From Nitrospirota bacterium (GTDB taxonomy: Bacteria > Nitrospirota > JACRHJ01), in NCBI GenBank assembly GCA_963733375.1, contig CAVTDB010000001.1, forward strand, positions 32,268 to 96,267: a stretch of DNA of 64,000 nt, given 5' to 3'. Made by a program: the position numbers and the translations under genes. The notes under the pieces were generated by a model that worked only from the letters and a program-made list of their open reading frames with translations, was not told where the DNA came from and made no database searches. Shown here in pieces: positions 11,346-22,963 of the stretch. Numbering within the stretch: the stretch's first letter is position 1; every line of letters starts with the position of its first letter.

Positions 11346-12345
11346 TTATATATATTTCCTCGGGTTTACCGGGACGCCGTTCACCCATACCTCGTAATGG
11401 AGGTGGGGACCCGTGGAATTCCCGGTATTGCCCAAGGCGCCGATTACATCGCCCTTCCTTACGCGCTGCCCGGCGTGCACGTCCGCCCTTGAAAGGTGGC
11501 AGTACATCGTAGCCATACCATAGCCGTGCTGTATTTTTATATATCTGCCGTAGCTTGACGAAAGGCCGGCCTCGGAGACCGTGCCGTCGGCGCTCGCATG
11601 GACCGGCGTGCCGACGTCGTTCGCTATGTCAAGCCCGGAGTGGAACTCGGTCGTTCCGTACATGGGAGAGTTGCGGTACCCGAAATCCGATGTTATGAAG
11701 CCCTTGACCGGCCAGATGCTTGGGGGTGCAGGCGATGATGGAATTCCTTTGCTCGAAATATCCCATCAGCTTCTTTATCCTCGCCTCCTCGGAAGAGGCG
11801 TCGGATTTGAGGCCCTGAAGTTCCTGGGACATCTGAGCGGCAACCTCTTCGTGACTCTTCCTGCCGAACTCCTCAAGGCTCACCGCGCCTACCCCGGAGC
11901 TTCCGCCCGTCCCTTTGACCCCAAAACTCTTTCCGGCTGCATTGCCGGCGGCCGAACTTAATTTATCGGAAAGGCCTTTTATCCTTGCCATCTGGGTTTT
12001 CATGTCCACTACGCTCGCCGCAATCTGCATGAGCTGGGCGCGCTGCGAGGAGGCCTCCCGGCGGAGCGAGTTAAGCTCCATCACCTTTCCGGCCATACTG
12101 ACATACTCCCCGAAAAGCCCGGTGGAGAGCAGGATAAGGACAGCCGCGGCAATCAGCGAGTTCCTGAGCAGGGACTTTGATATGCTGAACTTGCGGACCC
12201 TGGAGTTCGGCCCGGGCAGGATTACGATTGTGAAGTACTCTTTTTTCCTGGCGCTTGCGTTCTTCCTGAAAAGCTCGTACTTTTCCCTTAGTCTTTGGAG
12301 CAAAAAGATGCCCTCCTTTCGTAAAACTCGCAGATTTTCTACCAC
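11346..12345 (-). CDS. M23 family metallopeptidase (LytM domain), frameshifted near 11700
   Basis: C-terminal HSGLDIA..GNTGNSTGPHLHYEV motifs. The N-terminal TM and coiled-coil part lies in another frame. Confidence 0.85.
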
Positions 12346-12361
12346 AGGGAAGAAGCGGATG

Positions 12362-13186
12362 TCAAGGAATTTCTGTGCGGGTCAAGATGCAGATTTCGCA
12401 CTCTCCGGCTTTTTTTGCGCAGCGCTCTTTCGCGAGGCGGACGATGAGCGCGTGGTACTCGTTATACAGCTTCACATCCTTCGGCAGGCAATCCATAAAC
12501 AGCTTCTGCACCTCGTGATAGTCCGAATCCGGCGAAAAAAAGCCATGCCGGGAAAAAATTCGTTTTGTGTATGCGTCCACGACGAATACTGGCATGTCCA
12601 GGGCGTAGAGCATGATTGAGTCCGCCGTTTCCTGGCCGATTCCAGGCACGGACAAAAGTTCCTCCCGGAGTTCCGCGGGCTCCCGCCGTTTCATTTTTTT
12701 AATGCTTCCCCCGTAGCTCTCCATGAAGTACGATATGAAGGATTTTAACCTTTTTGCCTTTATGTTGAAGTAACCTGACGGTTTTATCAGCTCCGCGAGC
12801 CTGCCCTCCGGCATGGCGTATATCGTCTCCGGCGCCAGCGCCCCGGCCCGTTTCAAGTTGCCGATTGCCTTCTCGACATTCGTCCAGTTCGTGTTTTGCG
12901 TGAGTATCGCGCCGACCATTACCTCAAAAGGAGTCTCTCCCGGCCACCAGTGCTGGGGGCCGAAATGTTTCAGCAGAATATTAAAAATATCGATTAATTC
13001 CCCCTTTACCGCCTCTTCCCCGGCCTTCTGCCTTCCCTCCCCCGCAAGTGGGGAGGGTAACGGTGAAGAGGCCGCTTCGGGGCGAGGGCTGAAATCGAGG
13101 GCTTCCCTGCGAATTTTATTCACCAGTATATGCGCCCTGCGGGTCAGGCTCCGGGAGGCGGTATTTCGTGCAGCATTCAAGGGCAA
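12362..13186 (-). CDS. endonuclease III-related HhH-GPD DNA glycosylase-like protein (start uncertain)
   Basis: ILTQNTNW, helix-hairpin-helix LLSVPGIGQETAD and a C-terminal Cys cluster. The N-terminal 60 aa translate a GC-rich palindromic repeat and may not be coding. Confidence 0.7.
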   Translation of the reverse strand: MPLNAARNTASRSLTRRAHILVNKIRREALDFSPRPEAASSPLPSPLAGEGRQKAGEEAVKGELIDIFNILLKHFGPQHWWPGETPFEVMVGAILTQNTNWTNVEKAIGNLKRAGALAPETIYAMPEGRLAELIKPSGYFNIKAKRLKSFISYFMESYGGSIKKMKRREPAELREELLSVPGIGQETADSIMLYALDMPVFVVDAYTKRIFSRHGFFSPDSDYHEVQKLFMDCLPKDVKLYNEYHALIVRLAKERCAKKAGECEICILTRTEIP

Positions 13187-13794
13187 TCTTGCAGGGCTTT
13201 ATCGAGGCTCACCATGTGCCCCACGGACACGAATACCGGCTTTATCCCGTCCTTCGTCCGGAGCGCGCGCCCGACCTCGGCATTTTTATAAACAAGCGAA
13301 GACTGTGAGCCGCGCCTCTTTGCCGGTTCCTTATACTCCCCCACCAGGACGGTCTTCGCGCATCCGACGGTCGGGATGCCGAGCAGGACGCCCATGTGGG
13401 ACGCCAGTCCAAAGCCGCGCGGATGGGCGACGCCGTGGCCGTCTATCAGCACCACGTCCGGCCTCAATTTAAGCTTTCTGAACGCCCGCAGGACTATCGG
13501 CCCCTCCCGAAACGCAAGCAGGCCGGGGATGTAAGGAAACGGGGCTCTTCCCGAGGCATGTACTTCCTCCACGGTCTCCATCTCCGGGAACTTCAGCACT
13601 ACTACCGCCGCGTGATAATACTCGCTTCCCTTGTCATAGGATACGTCCGCGCCGGCGACAAGACGGACATCGCCGATACGGTCTTCCATGACAAGCCGCG
13701 ATTTAAGCCTTTCCTGAACGCGGACGGCGTCCTTGTAATTTTTAGGCCAGGGATGTTTTAAAACCGGTTCAACCAAGGCGGGTATTTTCTTCAA
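13177..13794 (-). CDS. nfi: endonuclease V
   Basis: 205 aa ORF with AGADVSY, PYIPGLLAFREGP and IDGHGVAHPRGFGLASH motifs. Confidence 0.9.
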   Translation of the reverse strand: MKKIPALVEPVLKHPWPKNYKDAVRVQERLKSRLVMEDRIGDVRLVAGADVSYDKGSEYYHAAVVVLKFPEMETVEEVHASGRAPFPYIPGLLAFREGPIVLRAFRKLKLRPDVVLIDGHGVAHPRGFGLASHMGVLLGIPTVGCAKTVLVGEYKEPAKRRGSQSSLVYKNAEVGRALRTKDGIKPVFVSVGHMVSLDKALQDCP

Positions 13795-14093
13795 TCCAGT
13801 CGAGGTATGGCTCTTGAACCTTCGGATATCTTGACGGCAATAACCTCAGGCACCTCGTACGGATGGAGTTCGCGGACCCTCTTTTCAAGCAGCGTAAATT
13901 TATCCGCGGCTGTCTTAATCAGCAGCATACACTCGGGCTCGTCGAATATTTCTTCCTTCCACCTGTATATGGAGCGGACGCCCCTGATGATATTGGCACA
14001 GGCCGCCAGCCGCTCCTCCACCAGCGCACGGCCAATCATCGCCGCGTTCTCCTCGTCCGGAGCGGTTATAAGCACCGTGAGCTTTTCAGTCAT
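13791..14093 (-). CDS. cutA: divalent-cation tolerance protein CutA
   Basis: 100 aa ORF with LAACANI..SIYRWKEEI..HPYEVPE. Confidence 0.88.
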   Translation of the reverse strand: MTEKLTVLITAPDEENAAMIGRALVEERLAACANIIRGVRSIYRWKEEIFDEPECMLLIKTAADKFTLLEKRVRELHPYEVPEVIAVKISEGSRAIPRLD

Positions 14094-14642
14094 CGCATTG
14101 CAGGCCGGTGAAGCTCAGGCCTTTATCGCCGGAGGTATTCTCTATAGTGTAAGTGGACAACCCGTCTTTCAAGTCCTGCTTGATATAAAGCGGGTTGTCG
14201 CCGTGCTGGCGGAATGAGACGGGCGGGTTCATCTTCTTGACGTTCATGTTGTCCGATTCTTCCTCGGCCAGGCAGACCACCCACCAGGCAAACTCCTGGG
14301 CGGTCTCGTAGAACGTATGCCTTTCTTCGTTGTTCAGTTCGAGCAGGAATTTTTCATAATATTTACCGGATATGCAGTTCAGCCTCTCCGCGCCCGCGAT
14401 CCTGAACATATCCGGCATAAGCTCCGGGTGAAATCCCGAAGCCTTCCGAAAGCTGGGCCCGGTGTTCTTCTATATATTTCCGCAACGCGCCGCGGATCTC
14501 GGCCTCGTGGTTCAGCCTGTCGACAATATAAGTAGAATATTCCTTCATGAACTTCGGGTGCTCTATCTTCCCCTGGGCATGCGAAAGTACCGGTAAAAAT
14601 AGAAAAGCAGGAGATGAAGACTATCGCCAGAATTTTTTTCAC
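14086..14642 (-). CDS. hypothetical secreted/lipoprotein, apparently split over three frames
   Basis: The signal peptide MKKILAIVFISCFSIFTGTFAC (14642 frame) continues colinearly in ORFs 14363-14548 and 14086-14418. Confidence 0.45.
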
Positions 14643-14646
14643 GTGT

Positions 14647-17056
14647 TTATTGCTCCCTGATCTCCGCGCCGAGACGGTCTTTAAGCGCCTCGACGACTTT
14701 TTTATGAACGAGGTTGACCTCTTCGTCCGTCAATGTCCTCTCCGGTGAACGATAGGTGATACTGTATGCCAGGCTTTTCATCCCGGCTGGTATCGGTTTC
14801 CCTTCGTAATAATCGAACAGCCTTACGCCCTCGACCAAGCCCAGCTTCAAAGACTCGATCGTCTTTAAAACGGCAAACGAAGTGATATCCGCCGGGATTA
14901 TTACGGCAATATCGCGCTCCACGGCCGGATACTTGGGAAGCGGCCTGTACGATACCTCCTCCGGGCCGACCTCAACCAGCGACTGGAGGTCCAGCTCGAA
15001 TACATAGACCTCGGGCGGAAGGTCGTACCGGCTGATGACGTCGGGGTGGACCTGCCCTATATATCCCGCCACGCCTCCGCCGACCATCAGCCTTGCCGCC
15101 TTGCCCGGGTGCAGGAAAGGCATGTCCTCCGCGGCGGTAAATACTATGTTCGGCACTCTCAGAGCGTCCAGCAGCTGCTCCACCGCGCCCTTCATGTCAT
15201 AGAAGTCTATATCCCTGTCTTTGCCCTCCCAAAGCTCCGCCGACTTTATTCCGCAGGCCAGCCCGCCGATATTAAGCGGCTCGGTCGGAAGTCCCGTCCC
15301 GGTACGCAGGAATACGCGGGAGAGTTCAAAAATTTTAAGGTCCTTCACCCCGCGGCTCAGGTTCCAGGAGAGGTTATTCAGCAAGCTCGGCAGAAGCGAG
15401 GTGCGCATAACGGACTGCTCTACGGAGAGCGGGTTCTGAAGGTTTACGGTCTTCCTACGGAAGTCGTCTTCCGGCAGGCCCAGCTTGTCGAAGTCCCGCG
15501 GGTCCATGAAACTGTAATTGATGACTTCCGAAAAGCCGGAGTCGTACATTGCCCCCCTGGCCCGCTCAGACGCGGCACGCGCTTTGTCCTGCTCTTCCGC
15601 CGCCATCTTGTATTCCGGCATCGAGCTTTTGATCTTACCGTAGCCGTGGACCCTCGCGGCCTCCTCGACAAAATCTATCTCCCGCGTCAAGTCCGGCCTG
15701 AAAGTGGGCGCCTGGAGCAGGAGCGATTCCGGCCCTTCCTCGCGAATCTTTATCCGGAGCCGCTTCATTATATCGGCAATTTCATCCTTTTCGAGGTCCA
15801 CCCCGAGAAGGGCGTTCACTCTGGAAGTCCTGAGAGCGACTGTCGGCATCTTTACAGGATTCGGATATTCGTCTATCGCTCCGGTCGCTATCTCCCCGCC
15901 CGCAAGGTCAGCAATAAGGACGGCTAACCTGTTTAAAGCGTTAATAACGCCTTCCGGGTCCGTTCCCCTCTCGAAACGGTGTGACGCCTCGGTATGGAGT
16001 CCGAGTTTTTTGGAGGTCTTCCGGACGCTCGACGGGTTGAAATACGCGGATTCCAGGAAAATATCGGTGGTCTCCTCCGTCACTTCGGAGTTTTGGCCTC
16101 CCATTACTCCGGCGAGCGCGACCGGCCTTTTGCCGTCGCAGATAAGGAGCATGCCTTCGGACAGCTCCCTCTCCACGCCGTCCAGGGTCGTAAAAATCTC
16201 GCCCTTCTGTGCACTGCGGACGATTATCTCCTGGCCTGCTAAAAGCCGGTAATCGAAGGCATGGAGCGGCTGTCCCATCTCCATCATCACGAAATTCGTC
16301 GCGTCGACCACGTTGTTTATGCTGCGCACCCCAATCGCCTGGAGGCGCCTCTGCATCCATAGCGGAGAGGGCCCCACCTTGATCCCGGCAAGGAGCCTTC
16401 CGGCATAGCGCGGGCAAAGCTCCATCGTCTTCTACCGTGACCTTCATCCGCCCGCCAATCGGCGCGCCCGCCTCGGTTATTTTGAATTTCGGAACGTTAA
16501 GCGGCTGGCGGGTCAGGGCCGCCGCCTCTCTCGCAATGCCAAGGGTGCAGAGGCAGTCCGGGCGGTTCGGAGTGACGTTTATCTCCATCGCCCAGTCGTC
16601 CAGGCCTACCGCCTTGACTATATCCTCGCCCACCACCGCGTCTTCGGGGAGTATAAGCAGGCCGGAGGCTTCCTTGGCCAGCCCAAGCTCCTTCTCCGAA
16701 CACAACATCCCGAAAGAGGCAATACCCCTTAGCTTGGCTTTCTCTATCTTCATCCCGCCGGGGAGCGTAGCGCCGACCTGGGCCAGCGGGACCTTGTCCC
16801 CCGCCTTCATATTCTTCGCGCCGCAGACTATGGACAGTACCTCCGTACCGTTATCCACTTCGCAGAGCGTCAGTTTATCGGCGCCCGGGTGAGGGTTCAT
16901 GGACATTATCCGGCCAACGACAACACCCTGGATGCCTTCGCCCAGATATTCAAGGCCCTCCACCTCCAGCCCTGCCATCGTCAGCCTGTCGGAGATCTGC
17001 TGTACCGTCAGCTCGATATCGACGAATTCTTTTAACCAGTTAAAGCTTATCCGCAA
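14647..17056 (-). CDS. pheT: phenylalanine--tRNA ligase beta subunit, frameshifted near 16430
   Basis: The N-terminal tRNA-binding domain ([11 protein letters not shown]..) and B3/4, B5 and FDX-ACB regions are colinear in two frames. Confidence 0.92.
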
Positions 17057-17068
17057 TTTTAGTGTCCT

Positions 17069-17530
17069 CTAATACGGCTTTACAGACTTCTCCTTGAGGA
17101 AGTCTTCCAGGTCTTTTTTAATATTATTTGAAAAACCTACCATGTCCATAGGTATCACGCCCGTCTTCAGGGCCCCTTTCGGCGTGGAGTAGTCGATCAG
17201 GAAAAACTCCCGCGCGCGTCCCTTCTTGTCCCGCACGGCTTTAAAACCGGCCTTATGCGCCTTGTCCCATTCGCAATGTTCCCTTTTCCAGGGGTTTACG
17301 CCGTAAACCGTAAAATTTTTTTCATTCCAATCGAAAACCGGGAACTTCCAGAACCGGTAGATTGCAACTATTACGATGACATTCAGGACGTAGAGAAGCG
17401 CGAGAGGTGCGGCGGTATACGGCCCGTGGAACCTCTTCAGCAGGTAGCCCAGGATGATATCCGCCCCGACGCAGTAAAAGATGACCTCGTTCATCCTCTT
17501 CTGGGAGAGGAACATCCGGCCGTGGCGCAT
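17069..17530 (-). CDS. hypothetical membrane protein inserted between pheS and pheT
   Basis: 153 aa ORF with two hydrophobic helices. Its ATG overlaps the pheS stop (TAATG). Confidence 0.55.
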   Translation of the reverse strand: MRHGRMFLSQKRMNEVIFYCVGADIILGYLLKRFHGPYTAAPLALLYVLNVIVIVAIYRFWKFPVFDWNEKNFTVYGVNPWKREHCEWDKAHKAGFKAVRDKKGRAREFFLIDYSTPKGALKTGVIPMDMVGFSNNIKKDLEDFLKEKSVKPY

Positions 17531-18622
17531 TAAAATTGCCTTAAGAAACGCATGTCGTTTTCATAGAAGAGACGGATATCGTCGATGCCGTACTTCAGCA
17601 TCGCTATCCGCTCCATTCCAAGGCCGAAGGCAAAGCCCGTGAATTCCTCCGGGTCGTAACCCACGGCGCGGAAAACCTCCGGGTCCACCATCCCCGAACC
17701 GAGTATCTCCAGCCACCCGGTGCTCTTGCAGACGCGGCATCCCTTCCCGCCGCAAATCACGCAGCGGATGTCAACTTCGGCTGAAGGCTCCGTAAACGGG
17801 AAGAAGCTCGGCCTGAAGCGAGTGGCCGTACCGGAGCCGAACATCCGGGAGATGAAGGTCTCCAGCACGCCCTTCAGGTGCGAAAAATTTATATGCCTGT
17901 CCACCATCAGCCCTTCGACCTGGTGGAACATCGGCGTATGGGATACGTCCGCGTCGCAGCGGTAGACTTTTCCGGGCGCGATAACCTGCACCGGCGGGCG
18001 GCTCGACTTCATCACCCGTACCTGCACCGGGGAGGTATGGGTGCGCAGAACTACCTCGTCCGACACGTAGAACGTGTCCTGCATATCGCGGGCGGGGTGG
18101 TCCTTCGGCATGTTCAGGGTCTCGAAGTTGTAATAATCCAGCTCAACTTCGGGGCCTTCCGCGACCGAGAACCCCATGTCCCGGAAAATTTCCACAACCT
18201 CCATAGTGACTGAAGTTATGGGATGCGGCCTGCCTACGCCCGGCCTCCTGCCGGGCAGAGTAATGTCTATTCTCTGCGCGGTAAGTTTTTCCGAACGCTC
18301 CTTCGCCGCCAGTTCCTCGCCCTTCGTCTTGAGCGCGGCCTCATAGCGGCCAGCCAGTCTCGTTTAAAAGACGCCCCGCCTCTTTGCGGTCTTCCGGGGC
18401 TTCCTGAGGGATTTTTTTGCGGAGGATGGAGACTATGCCCTTCTTGCCGAAAAGCTCAAGCTCGACGGCCTTCAGGTCGTCCGTGGAGGACGCATATTTG
18501 TTTATGACCTCTTCCGCGCCAAGCCCGTCCGAGATGCGAGGTATCAGCTCCGTAAGCTTCCCCGCGCCCTCCAGAGTGCTTTTGAGGCCCCTTGCTTTTT
18601 CCAGAAACTGCTCCAGCGACAA
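17530..18622 (-). CDS. pheS: phenylalanine--tRNA ligase alpha subunit, frameshifted near 18350
   Basis: Class II core motifs ([41 protein letters not shown]). The N-terminal helical arm is in ORF 18341-18622. Confidence 0.92.
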
Positions 18623-18670
18623 TTACGCTCCTGATTTGATTTTCGGATTTAAATCGAATGATTATATAGC

Positions 18671-18705
18671 AAAAAAGCCTGATTTTCAATAGACAAATCA
18701 GGCTT
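18671..18705 (-). terminator. rho-independent terminator after the nitroreductase gene
   Basis: On the minus strand, AGCCTGATTT-loop-AAATCAGGCT is followed by TTTTTT. A TATAAT box (revcomp of 18661-18666) follows and may serve pheS. Confidence 0.7.
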
Positions 18706-18735
18706 GAAGTCACTGCGGGTATCTAGCGGCTCTGT

Positions 18736-19341
18736 TTATAGAAGTATCTCTTGAATTGTCTTCCTGGGCCTGGGCTCCGGCACTTCCGCCGGATAGCCGA
18801 CAGGCATGAGCGTCACCGGGAATATCCATGACGGCAGGCTCAGCAGCAAGGAAATCTTTTCCTTGTCGAAGAGGTGTACCCAGCAGGTCCCCAAGCCCAG
18901 AGACGCCGCGGCAAGCGCGATATGCTCCGTCGCGATAGCGGTATTGAATGCGGCGTTTTCTTTATATTTCATAAGCTCGTCCTCCTCGTCTTTCGTGAGG
19001 AGGTTGAGCCCCATCTTTTTTAAATCGTCCTGCGAAATCACACCGTTATCCAATAGCTCCCTGAACCTCTCCTTGAGGGTCTTGGAATAGGACAGCGTAT
19101 CTCCGCAGACGATTATCACCGCGGGCGCCTGCTTGATGTGGTACTGGTTTTTGGAGGCCAGGAATACCTGCTCCTTGAGCTTTGGGTCCGTAACCACCTT
19201 GAACTTCCAGGGCTGGGAGTTCACCCCCGACGGGGCAAGCCGCGCGGCTTCCAGCAGGAAGTCAATCTGCTCGGTCGAGACCGGGTCCGGCTTGAAATTC
19301 CTTATCGCCCTCCGCCTGCGAATCGCCTCCATAAGGTCCAT
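18736..19341 (-). CDS. nitroreductase family protein
   Basis: 201 aa ORF with RRAIRNF..APSGVNSQPW, the nitroreductase signature. Confidence 0.85.
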   Translation of the reverse strand: MDLMEAIRRRRAIRNFKPDPVSTEQIDFLLEAARLAPSGVNSQPWKFKVVTDPKLKEQVFLASKNQYHIKQAPAVIIVCGDTLSYSKTLKERFRELLDNGVISQDDLKKMGLNLLTKDEEDELMKYKENAAFNTAIATEHIALAAASLGLGTCWVHLFDKEKISLLLSLPSWIFPVTLMPVGYPAEVPEPRPRKTIQEILL

Positions 19342-19344
19342 GGA

Positions 19345-19911
19345 TTATTTCTCCGCCTTCCCCGGCACGGCAGCCGGCTTTTTTTCTTTTAAGTACCGTT
19401 CCTTTTCGCTGTATACGCAGCCGCAGTATTTCTGATGGTACATGCCGATCTCGTGAGATAATTCCTGCCCTTCCTTCCAGCCCTGCCTGAAGTCGCGGTA
19501 CAAAAATTTAATGCCCAGCTCGCGGGCGATGACATCCGCGACATGAACGAGCAGGTCGTGCTTCTGGTACTTGCTGTAAAGGAGCGTAGTGGAAAAGGCG
19601 TCGTAGCCGGAGTCACGCGCCGCCTGGGCGACCTTCCTGAGACGCATTTCGTAGCAGGCCGCGCACCGCTCTCCCTCATGCCCGACTACTCTCCTGAAAA
19701 ATTCCTCGATATCGTATCCTACCTCGCTCGCAAGCGCCATTTCCTGCGAACGGGCATAGTCTTCCAGGGTTTCCAGCCTTTTCTTGAACTCGGTGTACGG
19801 TTGGATATTCGGGTTGTAAAAAAATCCATCCACCTCCACCCCTTCCTCCCGCAACGACTTCAGCGGAAAGACCAGGCAGGGACCGCAACATATATGCATA
19901 AGGATTCTCAT
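19345..19911 (-). CDS. queH: epoxyqueuosine reductase QueH (DUF208)
   Basis: [24 protein letters not shown], the conserved Cys pattern of QueH. Confidence 0.85.
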   Translation of the reverse strand: MRILMHICCGPCLVFPLKSLREEGVEVDGFFYNPNIQPYTEFKKRLETLEDYARSQEMALASEVGYDIEEFFRRVVGHEGERCAACYEMRLRKVAQAARDSGYDAFSTTLLYSKYQKHDLLVHVADVIARELGIKFLYRDFRQGWKEGQELSHEIGMYHQKYCGCVYSEKERYLKEKKPAAVPGKAEK

Positions 19912-20921
19912 AGAAGCCTCCCCTGGACGCCTTTTTCCCTGCCGTAATGTTTATAGGCCGCCGGCGTCGCAAGCCTCCCCCTGGGCGTCCTCTCTATCAG
20001 TCCCTCCTGGATAAGGAAAGGTTCGTAAACGTCTTCTATCGTGTCCCGCTCCTCGGCTACGGCGGCGGAAAGAGTATCCACTCCGACAGGCCCGCCGCCG
20101 AACTTGTCGATTATGGTAAGGAGGAGCTTCTTGTCCATGAAATCAAGTCCGCGCTCATCGACCTCCAGCCTCTTCAGGCCGCTCCTCGCCGCATCGGCGT
20201 CCACGATTTTTTTCCCGTCCACCTGTGCGAAATCCCGCACCCGCCGCAGAAGCCTGTTAGCCACCCTTGGAGTCCCCCTGGAACGCCGGGCAATCTCCAG
20301 CGCGCCTTCCATGTCGATGCCTATTCCCAGAAGGTTCGCCGAACGTATGACTATTTTTTGCAGGTCTTCCGGCGGATAAAATTCCAGCCTCGCCGCCACT
20401 CCGAACCGCTCCCGAAGCGGAGAAGTCAAAAGCCCCGCCCTCGTCGTCGCCCCCACCAGGGTAAACGGCGGGAGGTCGAGCTTTATGGAGCGGGCGGACG
20501 GCCCCTGCCCTATAATTATATCAAGCTGGTAATCTTCCATCGCCGGGTAGAGCACTTCCTCGATTACCCGGTTAAGCCTGTGTATCTCGTCCACGAACAG
20601 GACGTCGCCCTTTTCCAGGTTGGTAAGTATGGCCGCGAGGTCGCCCTGACGCTCGATAACCGGGCCGGAGGTGGTCTTTATATTAACCCCCATCTCCCGC
20701 GCGATAATATGCGCAAGCGTGGTCTTTCCAAGTCCGGGGGGCCCGGAGAAAAGCACGTGGTCCAGCGCCTCGCCCCGCTCCCTGGCCGCCTGGATGAAGA
20801 CCTTGAGGTTGTCCTTCACCCTGTCCTGCCCGACGTACTCGTCAAACGACAGCGGCCGAAGCGCCAGGTCGAGGTTTAAATCTTCCGTGTTCTTTTCCGG
20901 GCCGATTACTCGTTCGTCCAA
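19908..20921 (-). CDS. ruvB: Holliday junction branch migration helicase RuvB
   Basis: 337 aa ORF with [17 protein letters not shown] and a typical RuvB C-terminus. Confidence 0.96.
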   Translation of the reverse strand: MDERVIGPEKNTEDLNLDLALRPLSFDEYVGQDRVKDNLKVFIQAARERGEALDHVLFSGPPGLGKTTLAHIIAREMGVNIKTTSGPVIERQGDLAAILTNLEKGDVLFVDEIHRLNRVIEEVLYPAMEDYQLDIIIGQGPSARSIKLDLPPFTLVGATTRAGLLTSPLRERFGVAARLEFYPPEDLQKIVIRSANLLGIGIDMEGALEIARRSRGTPRVANRLLRRVRDFAQVDGKKIVDADAARSGLKRLEVDERGLDFMDKKLLLTIIDKFGGGPVGVDTLSAAVAEERDTIEDVYEPFLIQEGLIERTPRGRLATPAAYKHYGREKGVQGRLL

Positions 20922-21010
20922 AATTTATACCTGTAATGGTGCGGCTGCTGAAATATCTTCTCCAAGACCCTCAAATATTAGCAAAAAAAGATCCTTATTT
21001 CTATAAGAAT

Positions 21011-21040
21011 AAAAAAAGCCCGCGTTTCCGCGGGCTTTTA
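21011..21040 (-). terminator. rho-independent terminator after the peroxiredoxin gene
   Basis: AAAGCCCGCG-tttc-CGCGGGCTTT hairpin followed by a T-run on the minus strand. Confidence 0.8.
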
Positions 21041-21054
21041 CGCGCCTGAATAAA

Positions 21055-21618
21055 TTATATCTTCCCCACAATGTCCAGCCCTGGCCGGAGAGTCGGCTTT
21101 CCAGGCTCCCAGGACGCCGGGCATACCTCTCCGCCCGCCTCGCGGACGAACTTCGCCGCCTGGAGCTTCCGGAAAAGCTCCTTTGCGCTCCTGCCGATGC
21201 TGTTGTCGTGCATCTCGTACGCCTTCAGGACCCCGTCCGGGTCGATAATGAAGCTCCCCCGGAGCGACAGCCCCTCGCCCTCGATATACGTCCCGAACTC
21301 CCGGCATACCTTCCCCGCGGGGTCGGCGGCCATCGGGTATTTTATCTTCTTTATGGACGGCGAGTTGTCGTGCCAGGCCTTGTGCACGAAGACCGTGTCC
21401 GTACTGATGCTCATCAGTTCCGCGCCGAGCGACTTGAACTCGTCGTACATTTCCGCCGCCTCCTCTAGCTCCGTCGGGCAGATGAACGTAAAATCGGCGG
21501 GATAAAAAATGAGGACGAGCCACTTGTCCCGGTAATTGGAAAACTTTACCTTCTTCGTCTCCTCGTCCTGGTAAACCTCCACCTCCAAATCCGGGATCAC
21601 TTCGCCTATCTTTACCAT
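21055..21618 (-). CDS. 2-Cys peroxiredoxin (AhpC/Prx1 family)
   Basis: 187 aa ORF with FYPADFTFICPTEL (peroxidatic Cys) and a C-terminal resolving Cys (EVCPASW). Confidence 0.92.
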   Translation of the reverse strand: MVKIGEVIPDLEVEVYQDEETKKVKFSNYRDKWLVLIFYPADFTFICPTELEEAAEMYDEFKSLGAELMSISTDTVFVHKAWHDNSPSIKKIKYPMAADPAGKVCREFGTYIEGEGLSLRGSFIIDPDGVLKAYEMHDNSIGRSAKELFRKLQAAKFVREAGGEVCPASWEPGKPTLRPGLDIVGKI

Positions 21619-21636
21619 GCGGACATCTCCTTTCTT

Positions 21637-22763
21637 TTATTTATGATACGTTATTCTGTAAATTGCGCTCGCGTAGTCGTCCGAAACTAAAAGCGCCCCG
21701 TCCGGCATTACCAGGACGTCCACAGGCCTTCCCCAATTGATTATCTCCCTGGAGCCATCCCTGGGCGAATATCTCGTACTTGACCGGATGCCTCGCTCTG
21801 CTCATCTGGACGAAAGTTACCCGGTACCCGATCTTATTGCTCCTGTTCCAGGAGCCGTGCTCGGCGATGAATATGCCGTTTCTGTACTTCTCCGGGAACA
21901 TCTTTCCGGTATAAAACGTCATCCCTAAACTTGCCACGTGCGCGGGCAGTTCCAGCTCCGGCAGGGTGAACTCGGACGCCTTATGCCCTTTGCCGTATTG
22001 AGGGTCGGGAATATTCTTGCCGTGCCAGTACGGGAAGCCGAAATTAAGCCCCTTCTTCGGCGCGTGATTCAGTTCGTCCGGCGGCACGTTGTCTCCCATC
22101 AGGTCCCGGCCATTGTCCGTAAACCAAAGCTCTTTAGTAACCGGGTCCCAGTCGAACCCCACGGTATTCCTTACTCCGCGCGCGAAAATCTCGAACCCGC
22201 CCCCGCTCGGCCTTATCCTGGTTATCGAGGCGAAGGGGTCGCCCGGCTCGCAGACGTTGCAGGGCGCGCCGACCGGGACGTAGAGGTATCCGTCCGGGCC
22301 GAACCGGATGAACTTCCAGCCGTGGTGCGTCTTCGCGGGGTACTTATCATATATCACTACCGGCTTGGGCGGGTCCTTCAGGTGCGCTTCGATGTTGTCA
22401 TAGCGCAGGATACGGCCTATCTCGGCGACGTAGAGCGAGCCGTCCTTGAAGGCGACTCCGTTAGGTTCGTTCAGGCCCTTGGCGATCGTATATATCCCCT
22501 CCGCCTGCCCGTCGTTGTCCGGGTCGGTAAGGGCATATACCGTGTGGTTCCTCGTCCCCACAAACAGCGTCCCCTTGTCTCCCATCGCCATCGAGCGGGC
22601 GCCCTTGGCATTGCAGCATTTTCCGGCAAAAAGGGTTATATGGAAACCGGGGGGAAGCTTGATATATTTGAAGCTTGTCCGAAACATCGTCGCTGAAAGC
22701 CCGCTGGACTATTATCAGCCCTATAGCGGAAAAAACCATGAGGAAGAGGGACTTCACACGCAT
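21637..22763 (-). CDS. PQQ-dependent (soluble) sugar dehydrogenase-like beta-propeller, two frameshifts (about 22680 and about 21725)
   Basis: The signal peptide is in ORF 22461-22763 and the core is in 21641-22687. The manually found C-terminus WGRPVDVLVMPDGALLVSDDYASAIYRITYHK lies in a third frame and ends at 21637. Confidence 0.75.
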
Positions 22764-22963
22764 GGTTCGCCTCCTTTTTTTGAGCGACTCTTATATATAT
22801 ATTATAGCGTGAAAGCGGAAATGGGGGATATGACCTAATGATAGAACTTACCAAGTAGTTATCTAAGTCTCGGAATTAGCCTTATCTGGATGGGATTTGG
22901 CGGGAAATTTTACAAGATTTTTATAAAATACTATTTCGGCTACGATAATGCAGGGCTGCGGAG

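Noticed and set aside
20922-22963. Separation of ruvB from ruvCA by the peroxiredoxin and sugar dehydrogenase genes, as a sign of an inserted island.
   Set aside because: The intervening genes have backbone-like composition and a normal terminator. Split ruv loci are common.
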